Source of the DNA: Blastocatellia bacterium
GTDB taxonomy: Bacteria > Acidobacteriota > Blastocatellia > UBA7656
DNA: 64,000 nucleotides
NCBI GenBank assembly: GCA_035248905.1
Contig: DATFGX010000010.1
Location: 55,579 to 119,578 of the forward strand
Direction of reading: 5' to 3'
Shown: piece by piece, positions 9,038 to 18,751 of the stretch
Numbering within the stretch: the stretch's first letter is position 1
Layout: each line of letters opens with the position of its first letter
Program-made: the position numbers and the translations under genes
The notes under the pieces: model-generated
Told to the model about the DNA's origin: nothing
Seen by the model: only the letters and a program-made list of their open reading frames with translations
Databases searched by the model: none

Positions 9038-10162
9038 TCAGGCGCTCGCCTGGGCGTCGCTCATCTGCAAGTTGTCGTTCAACTGCTTGTCGCGGCGCAC
9101 GCGCCAGATCTTGCTGTCGAGGTAATAGTGCGTGAACGCGCCGCCCCAGATGAACGCCATCCAGAAGCTGTCCGGCTTGACGAGGGTGTAGTGCGGGATG
9201 TGATAGGCCGCGCCGAACAGCAGCGCAAAGGCGATGTAGCGCCAGACGTTCTTGCTGATGACGGAGGCCGCGCCGAAGTTGGCCGCGCCCTGGCGCGCGT
9301 ACTTGTTGCGGTTGTGAAACCAGATGATGCGATGATATTGCAGGTTGTGATAGATCGTCAGCGTCGCGACCGCCGCCAAGGCTCCCGCACCCGCCGGCTG
9401 CATCGGCTCAAGCAAGCGCAGCACGATCCAGTGCATCGGCATGCAGGCGGCGAGCAGCAACAGCTTCGGCACGTTGACGCGAAGGCGCGCCAGAAGCCGT
9501 TGAACCTGTCGCCCGACAAACAGCAATAGTGAAATCAGGAAAGCCGAGAAGACGAACGTTTCAATCCACCACGCCGGCCCCGATTCGACCGGCAGCCGCA
9601 TCGCTTCCAGGCGTTCTTTGGCGGCGTAGCTGTGAGTGAGGAACCTGACAAACGGATAGGTCATGCCGAGCAGGATGAAGGCACGGTCGATCAAATTATC
9701 GATCTCCGCGAGGTCGCTGTTCTTCTTCTTGTACAAAATCATGAAGCCGTAGTGCTGCTTCACCAGATGGTAGTACGCCCACAGCGAGGCGAAGAAGAAG
9801 AAGGTCGGGCCGAAGACGCTGGTCTGCAAGACGACATCGAGCAGCAGCAGCAATGGGCCGAGCAGGAACAGCGACAGCGTACCGTAGTACAGCCGCGCGC
9901 GCTTGCGGCGCTCGTCGTTGTCGGCGTAGGTGCGCGAAATGGTGCCAAAGACGTGCGGGCCGTCGAAGCCGAGCGCCCACACCCACACGACCAGCATCAC
10001 AGACATGCCTACCTTCACCAGCGCCAGGTTCGCCGCCAGGAACACGTAGCTCGCCACGACGCTGCCGATGAACCAGATGAGATCGTCTTTGCGGCTGATG
10101 ATCCAGCCCATCGCCGCCAGGCTCTGCGCTTTATCACTCGTGCGCATTGCTGTCGCTGCCAT
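9038..10162 (-). CDS. Polytopic integral membrane protein (about 9-10 TM) with His-rich motifs (HNLQYH, HYYLD); function unknown
   Basis: 374 aa, many hydrophobic helices. It is the first gene of the minus-strand operon ending in MaoC/acyl-CoA synthetase. Confidence 0.6.
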   Translation of the reverse strand: MAATAMRTSDKAQSLAAMGWIISRKDDLIWFIGSVVASYVFLAANLALVKVGMSVMLVVWVWALGFDGPHVFGTISRTYADNDERRKRARLYYGTLSLFLLGPLLLLLDVVLQTSVFGPTFFFFASLWAYYHLVKQHYGFMILYKKKNSDLAEIDNLIDRAFILLGMTYPFVRFLTHSYAAKERLEAMRLPVESGPAWWIETFVFSAFLISLLLFVGRQVQRLLARLRVNVPKLLLLAACMPMHWIVLRLLEPMQPAGAGALAAVATLTIYHNLQYHRIIWFHNRNKYARQGAANFGAASVISKNVWRYIAFALLFGAAYHIPHYTLVKPDSFWMAFIWGGAFTHYYLDSKIWRVRRDKQLNDNLQMSDAQASA

Positions 10163-10325
10163 ACCGTCATCTCCTTAATCTTCTGTCGTCTGAGTGGAGT
10201 TTATTTACCCAATGGCCCGCTAGTTTATCACAAACGGCGTTCGATTGCGCAAACCGAATCCGTCGGGTCGCTGCCGCCGCTTGCGCTATAATCGTTTGCC
10301 GACGCACAGTGAGCGGAGGGAGAAC

Positions 10326-10676
10326 ATGACGAAGACGATTGACGAGTTCAACGATTACCGCAAGCGCATGAACGAGCGTATCCTCGCTAGCGACCACCTC
10401 GGCATCAAGCGCTTCTTCGCGCTCGACCACCAGGCCTACCAGGGGAACGCGCTCGACGCGAAGACGCTTGAGCTATTGGGGCTGGCGGCGTCGCTGGTTT
10501 TGCGCTGCGACGACTGCATCACCTACCACGTCTTGCAGTGCGCCGCCGCGGGCGTGACTCAAGAAGAGTTCCTCGATACCTTCAACGTCGCGCTGGTGGT
10601 CGGCGGCTCGATCACCATCCCGCACCTGCGGCGCGCCATCGAGCGCATGGACGAGGCGCTTGGTGGCGCAAGCTAA
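10326..10676 (+). CDS. Carboxymuconolactone decarboxylase / AhpD-like family protein
   Basis: GGAGGGAG RBS, ATG at 10326. An AhpD-like core with a CxxC-containing region (LRCDDCITYHVLQCAAAG). Confidence 0.7.
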   Translation: MTKTIDEFNDYRKRMNERILASDHLGIKRFFALDHQAYQGNALDAKTLELLGLAASLVLRCDDCITYHVLQCAAAGVTQEEFLDTFNVALVVGGSITIPHLRRAIERMDEALGGAS

Positions 10677-10690
10677 CAGCTTGCGCCACA
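10663..10690. repeat. GCGCAAGCT-family hairpin (GTGGCGCAAGCT-AACA-GCTTGCGCCAC)
   Basis: A perfect 12-bp stem. Overlaps the AhpD-like stop, between convergent genes. Same family as 6161-6215. Confidence 0.75.
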
Positions 10691-10692
10691 TC

Positions 10693-11136
10693 TCACCTGC
10701 CGGCGCGCATGTGGTCAACCATGAGGCAGCGATCCTGGACGACTTGAATGCCGGCGCGGGCCAGGCGCTCGGCGACCGCGTCGTTGCGGATGCCGAGCTG
10801 GAACCACACGGCGCGCGGCGCTTTCGCGAGAATGTCTTCGACGTGCGCCGGGATGTCTTCGCTGCGCCGGAAGACGTTGACGAGATCGATCGGAGGATCG
10901 ATCTCTGTGAGCCGCCGGTAAACTTTCTGCCCGAGAATCTCTGTGACCTCGGGGTAGTAGACCGGCACGGGGATGACTTCGAAGCCGGCGCGCAGTAGGT
11001 ACTCAGGCACGTAGAAGGCGGGCTGGCTCGCCTGCCGCTCGGTCTTGATCCCCAGCACGGCGATGCGTTTGGTCTGCCGCAGTAATTCTCTGATCTGTTC
11101 GCCGCCGTCGAGGAGATGTTGTTGCCAGTTCGTCAT
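10693..11136 (-). CDS. CoA-binding domain protein (YccU-like)
   Basis: Start at MTNWQQ, with a GGAGAC RBS upstream on the minus strand. Rossmann-like GIKTERQ...IPV...VFR pattern of the CoA_binding_2 family. Confidence 0.65.
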   Translation of the reverse strand: MTNWQQHLLDGGEQIRELLRQTKRIAVLGIKTERQASQPAFYVPEYLLRAGFEVIPVPVYYPEVTEILGQKVYRRLTEIDPPIDLVNVFRRSEDIPAHVEDILAKAPRAVWFQLGIRNDAVAERLARAGIQVVQDRCLMVDHMRAGR

Positions 11137-11248
11137 GGTTTGGTCTCCGAAGATAACCCGTTGAAGCATCCACTGTGATGCTATCTCCATTATACGGCTT
11201 TCGCTTGTGTGACGCGACTCGGATGGTTGAAGGAGAAGGCAGGCGTGA

Positions 11249-13180
11249 TTACGACAGGCCGACGCGGCGCACCAGATCGCGGAAGCGCGGGTCGTCGCGC
11301 AGGCCGTCGTACAGCGGCAGCACACCCGCGAAGATCAGCAGGCTGTTGCGCTCGTCGTAAGCTTTATTGAGCCACTCGATGGCGCGGTCGCGGTCGCCGA
11401 GCAGGGCGTAGATTCTTGCCATTCGCATGCTCCCTACCGGCGCGTGTTGGGCCTCATTGTTGGCCAGCTCCAGCTCTTTCTGCCAGTAGCCCTTGATGCC
11501 CGCCGCGCCGTAAGCCTGGCGCAGCGCGGCGATGGTTTCGGGCTTTGCGCCGGAGATTGTCCGCGCGGTCAATAATTCGTTCAGCGCTTCTGCATCCATG
11601 CCTTTCAGCAGGTAAGCCATGGCCAGATCATTGTGCGCCGGCACGAAGTTGGTGTCTAACTCGATGGTCTTCTTGTCCCACTCGATGGCCTGGTCGTACC
11701 GCCGCGCGTAGTAATGCACCCATGCCACGCCGATCGTCAGCAGCGGCGACAGCGGGTCAAGCTCCTGGCCGCGCTTGCGTTCGGCGAGCGCTTCGTCGAA
11801 CCGCCCCAGCGCCAGCAGGTAAGTGCCGCGCATGCTGTGCGCGTCGGCGTCGTTCGGGTCAAGGTCGAGGGCGCGCTCGATCTCGCGCTCAAAGCCCGGC
11901 CCGTCCCAATCGTAAAAAAGCTTCACCTTCGCCAGCGACAGGTGCGCTTCGCTGAGCGCGTCATCGATTGCCAGCGCCCGCCGCGCCGCCGCTTCCGATT
12001 TCGGGAAAGCGTCGCGGGGCGGCATCAGGCCAAGGTAACCGAACAGGTTATACACATCGGCAACGCCGCAATGCGCCAGCGCGTACTGCGGGTCAGCGGC
12101 CAACGCCTGCTCAAAGTAGTCGAGCGATTTTTGCAACGCGCCGCCGTTCCATTTGGCCCAGTAATAGCGGCCCTTGAGGTATGCCTGATACGCCTCCTGG
12201 CTCTCTGTGTAGCGGCGGGTCAATCGCCGCTGCTCTTCGCCGGTTAGCCGCAGCGTCAAGGCGCTAGCCAGGCGCTGCGAGATCGAATCCTGCAAGGCGA
12301 AGATGTTGGTGAAGTGCTCGTCGAACTTCTCGGCCCACATTGCCGCGCCGTCGCTGACGCGCAGCAAGCGGACGGTGACGCGGACGCGGTCGTCAATCCG
12401 TTGAACGCTGCCATCGAGTACCGAATCAACGCCCAGCTCGCGCCCGGCGGCGAGCGCGTCCTGGGTGCCCGCGGCGTAGCGCATGATCGAGCTGGTTGGC
12501 CGCACAATGACCTGCTTGACATTGCTCAGCTTGGTAATCAGCGCGTCGGCCATGCCGAGTTCAAGATACTGGTCGCTAGCGCCCGCGGCCAGCGGCTTGA
12601 ACGGCAGCACCGCCAGGCTCTTCGGCGCAGGCGGGCGCATCAACCAGAATGTAACGAGGGCGACAACGCCGACCCCGACAGCGGCGAGCGCCACGAGCCA
12701 CCGCGGCTGCCGCAAGCGTGCGAAGCGCGCGACCGCAGGCGAAGGCGATGTTGCTTCGATTACACTTTGCGGCGGGCCTTCGTCGCTGACCTCTTCGATA
12801 ACAATGTGCGCGGTGGTCTGCTGTTCGAGCACCACCGCCGCTTCGTCGCCGCCCAGCTCGCGCACGCTGGCCGTAAAGCGGTAGCCGCGCTTCGGCACGG
12901 TTTCGATGAACTGTGTATCGCCACCGCCTTCCGCGAGCGCCTTGCGCAAGATCGAGATGTTGAATGCCAGGTTGCCTTCTTCGACAAAGCTGTCGGGCCA
13001 GAGGCGCTGCATCAGCTCGTCTTTGGCGACGATGTGGCCGCTGCGCTCGACCAGCACCAGCAGGGTGTCCAGGGCCTTCGGCGTGAGCTGAACGGGACGG
13101 CCTTCGCGCCGCAAGACGCGCTCAAGGGCGTCCAACTGAAACCCGCCGAACTCGTATAAATGCTTCACCGGCCTGCTCAT
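11249..13180 (-). CDS. CadC/OmpR-type winged-helix transcriptional regulator, membrane-anchored, with periplasmic TolB-N-like and TPR repeat domains
   Basis: The N-terminal winged-helix trans_reg_C pattern (YEFGGFQLD...RREGRPVQLTPKALDTLLVLVER...VPKRGYRF) is followed by one TM segment and multiple TPR-like repeats. 643 aa. Confidence 0.75.
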   Translation of the reverse strand: MSRPVKHLYEFGGFQLDALERVLRREGRPVQLTPKALDTLLVLVERSGHIVAKDELMQRLWPDSFVEEGNLAFNISILRKALAEGGGDTQFIETVPKRGYRFTASVRELGGDEAAVVLEQQTTAHIVIEEVSDEGPPQSVIEATSPSPAVARFARLRQPRWLVALAAVGVGVVALVTFWLMRPPAPKSLAVLPFKPLAAGASDQYLELGMADALITKLSNVKQVIVRPTSSIMRYAAGTQDALAAGRELGVDSVLDGSVQRIDDRVRVTVRLLRVSDGAAMWAEKFDEHFTNIFALQDSISQRLASALTLRLTGEEQRRLTRRYTESQEAYQAYLKGRYYWAKWNGGALQKSLDYFEQALAADPQYALAHCGVADVYNLFGYLGLMPPRDAFPKSEAAARRALAIDDALSEAHLSLAKVKLFYDWDGPGFEREIERALDLDPNDADAHSMRGTYLLALGRFDEALAERKRGQELDPLSPLLTIGVAWVHYYARRYDQAIEWDKKTIELDTNFVPAHNDLAMAYLLKGMDAEALNELLTARTISGAKPETIAALRQAYGAAGIKGYWQKELELANNEAQHAPVGSMRMARIYALLGDRDRAIEWLNKAYDERNSLLIFAGVLPLYDGLRDDPRFRDLVRRVGLS

Positions 13181-13185
13181 AACCG

Positions 13186-13227
13186 CTCTAAAGATTCTCT
13201 AAGGATTTTCTATACGGCCTCTAAAGA
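13186..13227. promoter_or_regulatory. Three direct repeats CTCTAA(A/G)GA phased at 11 and 22 bp, immediately 5' of the CadC-like gene
   Basis: Copies at 13186, 13197 and 13219. The helical phasing is typical of OmpR/CadC-family binding sites. Confidence 0.35.
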
Positions 13228-13361
13228 CATTTGGTTTGCCTCTGGCGTAGTGTCGCCCACGAGTTGAGGCGCTGCGGTTCGGCTCGTCGAACCCTGATGG
13301 CGAGCGAGTCTATCACTGCGGGGCCAGCCGAACAACCTGAAAGCGGGAGGCCGGAAGGCAC

Positions 13362-13613
13362 ATGCGAACGATCAAGAGAACCGAGATCACCGTCGAGACG
13401 CGGCAGGCAATCATCATTCGCCGCCACGGCGCGCTGATTGAAAGCTGGTGCGCGCGCTGCAACGCACTCGCAGGGTTGATCCGCCTCGAAGAAGTCGCGC
13501 TGGCCGGCGTCAGCATTCAGACGATCTGCCGGCACGCCGCCGCCGACCGCCTCCACCTCGTCGAATTGGCCGAGGGGCTGAACTACATCTGCCTCAACTC
13601 ACTGCTGAAATGA
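13362..13613 (+). CDS. Hypothetical 83-aa protein
   Basis: GGAAGG RBS-like sequence upstream. No family recognised; could be spurious. Confidence 0.3.
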   Translation: MRTIKRTEITVETRQAIIIRRHGALIESWCARCNALAGLIRLEEVALAGVSIQTICRHAAADRLHLVELAEGLNYICLNSLLK

Positions 13614-13647
13614 AATCAACTATCTTGTGACGAAAGGAGTAACTCTG

Positions 13648-14130
13648 ATGAACACCAAAAGAATGATTGCGGCCTTAATGGCCGTAGCACTGATCGCTAC
13701 CTTTGCCTTCGCCCAGCACGGCGCGGGCCGCGTCGAACCGCAAGCCAAGAAGAAAGACCTGACCGGCACCTGGCTGCTGACGATTACGCCGGACGATCCG
13801 GGCGCGCCGCCGTTTGAAGGTCTCTACGCCTTCACCTCGGATGGCATCGCGCTGTTCTCGTCGGTCGGCCCGCCGATCCCCGGACTCGGCAATCCCGGCC
13901 ACGGCGTCTGGGCGCGCACCGGCCCGAACAGCTTCGTTGTCACCTGGAAGCAATTCACCTTTGACGACATCTACACCTGCAATGGCTCGCTGATCCTCCG
14001 CTCGACGATCACCTTCACGAGCGACGACGTTTATTCGAGCGTTGACACGGGCAAGGTTCTCGACCTCTCTGGCCACACCGTCGTCAGCATCGGCGGCACG
14101 CACCAGGGCAAGCGCATGAAAGTCGAATAA
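13648..14130 (+). CDS. Secreted hypothetical protein with signal peptide
   Basis: MNTKRMIAALMAVALIATFAFAQ is a signal peptide. The mature domain is beta-rich. A terminator follows. Confidence 0.55.
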   Translation: MNTKRMIAALMAVALIATFAFAQHGAGRVEPQAKKKDLTGTWLLTITPDDPGAPPFEGLYAFTSDGIALFSSVGPPIPGLGNPGHGVWARTGPNSFVVTWKQFTFDDIYTCNGSLILRSTITFTSDDVYSSVDTGKVLDLSGHTVVSIGGTHQGKRMKVE

Positions 14131-14139
14131 TCAGTAGGA

Positions 14140-14210
14140 GGGAAGATAAACACGGAGGCACGGAGAATCACGGAGAAGAACTCCGTGCCTCCGTGTCTCC
14201 GTGTTTTTGA

Positions 14211-14212
<2 letters not shown>
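14140..14212. terminator. (CACGGAG)n palindromic hairpin followed by a T-run; bidirectional intrinsic terminator between convergent genes
   Basis: CACGGAGGCACGGAGAATCACGGAGAAGAACTCCGTGCCTCCGTGTCTCCGTG then TTTTTG. Confidence 0.65.
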
Positions 14213-16323
<2,111 letters not shown>

Positions 16324-16325
<2 letters not shown>

Positions 16326-16425
16326 AACACCTCTCGATTTTGGATTTTGGATTTTAGATTTTAGATTGGGGATGTGCGCGCCAGTTCCGGCAATCCAAAA
16401 TCCAAAATCTAAAATCCAAAATTAT
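16324..16425. repeat. (TTTTGGA/TTTTAGA)n palindromic hairpin element
   Basis: TTTTGGATTTTGGATTTTAGATTTTAGA ... CTAAAATCCAAAATCTAAAATCCAAAAT. Lies between two same-strand genes. Confidence 0.8.
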
Positions 16426-18431
16426 TTTGTTGCTGCCGACGCCGGGCGGTACTCGCTGATCTGCCCGGCGATGGCGGAAGCGGCGACCGTGTACGGTGAT
16501 GCAAGATACATTTGCCCGGGGCCGCTGCGACCGGGAAAGTTGCGGTTCTGAGCGCTGATGACGACTTGCGTCTTCAACGTGCTGACGCCCGGCCCGGCGT
16601 TGATGCAGGCGCCGCAACTCGGCTCGATGATCTGCGCGCCGACCTGATTGAAGATGTCGACGTAGCCTTGCTGCTCGGCGTAGCGGCGCACTTCCTGCGA
16701 GCCAAATTGAATGAAGCACTGCACTTCGCGATGGACACGGCGGCCTTGCGCCAGGGCTTCGCGAAAGACGCGCGCGTACATATCCATGTCTTCTTTCTTG
16801 CCCGCCGTGCACGAGCCGCCGTAAGCGATGTCGATCTTCACAGGCTCCGTGAGTTCATCAACGAATAAGCCGTTACCGGGATCGCCCGGTGTGGCGATCA
16901 TCGGGCGCAAGCGCGTCGCGTCAATGTCAATCGTTAGCGCATACTCGGCGTCGGCGTCGCTCTGCATGCCTGCGCACAAGGCTTCGGCTTCGCTGCGCGC
17001 GAGGCCGCGCTCGACTAAGAACTCGACCGCCTTTTCATCGGCGGCGACAATGCCTGTGAAGCCGCCGACCTCTGCGGCCATGTTGGTCATCGTGGCGCGC
17101 TCATCGATGCTCAGCTCGGCGACCGCTTCGCCGGTGTACTCGATGATCTTGCCGATGGCCTGGCCGTTGCGCACAAAGTCTGTGCGCAGGATTTCGAGCA
17201 TGAAATCTTTGGCCGTGACGTTGTCGGGCCGCTGACCCGTGACCCGCACGCGGACTTGCTCAGGCACGCGCACGCGCACGTCTTTGGTGATCCACGAATT
17301 GAACACGTCGGTCGTGCCGACGCCGAAAGCGACCGCGCCAATCGCGCCGGCGTGCGGCGTGTGAGAATCACTGCCGATGATGATCTGGCCGGGCAGCGCG
17401 TAATTTTGCAGGATCAAGCTGTGGCAGATGGCCTCCGAGCCTTTGCGGTCGGCGAGCGCGCCGTGCAGGCGAATGCCTTGCTTTCGGGCAAACGCGGCCT
17501 GCTTGCGGATCAGCTCGTGCGCCAGGTCGAGCAGGCCCATCGCCTTGCGCTCCGGCGGCATCACGTCGTCGAGAAACGTCAGGTGATCCTGGAAGAAGTA
17601 GATCGATGTCGGATCGTTGACCGGCTCGTCGCCGACCAGTTGCTCGTAAAAGATGGCCGCCATCGGCGTGACGTATTCGTGGCTGAAGCGTATGTCTGTG
17701 CGCACGAAGCCTGCGTCGCCCGGCTTGACCGCTTCGACGCCGGTGGCGTCTTTTGAGAGGTCGGTTACAAAATGGCGCGCGAAGATTTTTTCGGCCACCG
17801 TCATCGGTCGGCGCGCGGTGGTGACCGGCGGAATCTGTACATGGCCTTGCAGACGCGCGACGTTGAACGGGAACAGCCCGCCGTATTCGATGATCTGCCG
17901 GGTGATCTCGTCTTCACCATTCGTGAACTCTTCGAGGGCGATCTCTTCGCCATCGGCGATGCGTTGAATGAGATCGAAGTTCGTCGAGGTCAGCAGGCCG
18001 AGGTTCTGGCAGTTCTGCCGGTAGATGCGCTCGATGTTTTCGGCGATGACGCAGCGGATGCCGGCGCTGATTTCGGCGTACGGCGACTGCTCGCGGCTCG
18101 ACCCTTTGCCGCGCCGCTTGCCGGAGACCGAGGCGACGAAGCCGCCGCGTTTCACGTCGCCCTGTTTGATGGGGAATTCGTCGCCGCACTTCAAGCCGAG
18201 GTAGACGAAGTCGCCCAGGCGTTCGTCGAAATGATAGCAGATGTAAGCCGGGGTAATTTCGTCGGTCGAGATGTCGTTGCGCAGCGCTGGAATCTGTGAC
18301 GGGTCTAAATCGTTGCCTGCGAGTTGCGCGCGGACGAGGGCCGGGTCTTCGGCAAGGAAGAGGATGCGGCCTTCGAGTCGAACACGGTCGGGGCGCTTCT
18401 CGACCTTGCGGTTCAGCAAGCTTTGAATCAT
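16422..18431 (-). CDS. Aconitase-family hydro-lyase with permuted domain order (LeuD-like swivel domain N-terminal, 4Fe-4S catalytic domain C-terminal)
   Basis: N-terminal GKGSSREQSPYAEISAGIRCVIAENIERIYRQNCQNLGLL matches the LeuD/swivel signature. Downstream are GSDSHTPHAG and the Cys ligands SCTAGK / PSCGACIN. The start was chosen at MIQSLL with a GAGGTG RBS. Confidence 0.8.
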   Translation of the reverse strand: MIQSLLNRKVEKRPDRVRLEGRILFLAEDPALVRAQLAGNDLDPSQIPALRNDISTDEITPAYICYHFDERLGDFVYLGLKCGDEFPIKQGDVKRGGFVASVSGKRRGKGSSREQSPYAEISAGIRCVIAENIERIYRQNCQNLGLLTSTNFDLIQRIADGEEIALEEFTNGEDEITRQIIEYGGLFPFNVARLQGHVQIPPVTTARRPMTVAEKIFARHFVTDLSKDATGVEAVKPGDAGFVRTDIRFSHEYVTPMAAIFYEQLVGDEPVNDPTSIYFFQDHLTFLDDVMPPERKAMGLLDLAHELIRKQAAFARKQGIRLHGALADRKGSEAICHSLILQNYALPGQIIIGSDSHTPHAGAIGAVAFGVGTTDVFNSWITKDVRVRVPEQVRVRVTGQRPDNVTAKDFMLEILRTDFVRNGQAIGKIIEYTGEAVAELSIDERATMTNMAAEVGGFTGIVAADEKAVEFLVERGLARSEAEALCAGMQSDADAEYALTIDIDATRLRPMIATPGDPGNGLFVDELTEPVKIDIAYGGSCTAGKKEDMDMYARVFREALAQGRRVHREVQCFIQFGSQEVRRYAEQQGYVDIFNQVGAQIIEPSCGACINAGPGVSTLKTQVVISAQNRNFPGRSGPGQMYLASPYTVAASAIAGQISEYRPASAATK

Positions 18432-18584
18432 CCAGAACACCTCAATGGGATATGCCACCCTCGCAGCGGATGATTGAAAGGGCTTCATCTGACTGCGAAA
18501 TTTATTTTACCCTTTGCGGCGCCCTTTTGACAAAAGCGGGAACGGTTCCACCTACGATCAGGAGATCAAGAATGCGACCCTTAA

Positions 18585-18680
18585 CTCCGCAGCCCGCTGA
18601 AGCGGGCTGCGGAGCCGGCGGCATTCATTAGCGGAGCCGCTCGCTTTCATCAACCGAAGCGGGCTGCGGAGCCAGCGCAT
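18585..18680. repeat. Two copies of the short hairpin GCAGCCCGC-TGAA-GCGGGCTGC(GGAGCC), plus a partial third
   Basis: Perfect 9-bp stems, seen at 18590-18612 and 18650-18672. Intergenic, upstream of the aconitase-like gene. Confidence 0.7.
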
Positions 18681-18751
18681 TTATTCATTGCCGCGGGCCG
18701 CGGCCTACTGCCACCCATCAGATGTAGCGAGCTGCGGAGTTGTGAATCCAT

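Noticed and set aside
13221-13556. Minus-strand ORF 13221..13556 and plus ORFs 13231..13437 / 13448..13630 in the CadC-upstream region
   Set aside because: They overlap each other and the phased repeat region, are Arg/Pro/Ala-rich, and lack RBSs. Only the 13362..13613 ORF was retained, at low confidence.
18489-18751. Intergenic region screened for tRNA/ncRNA genes
   Set aside because: It contains only the short GCAGCCCGC hairpin copies. No cloverleaf-compatible sequence or conserved ncRNA motif was recognised by eye.
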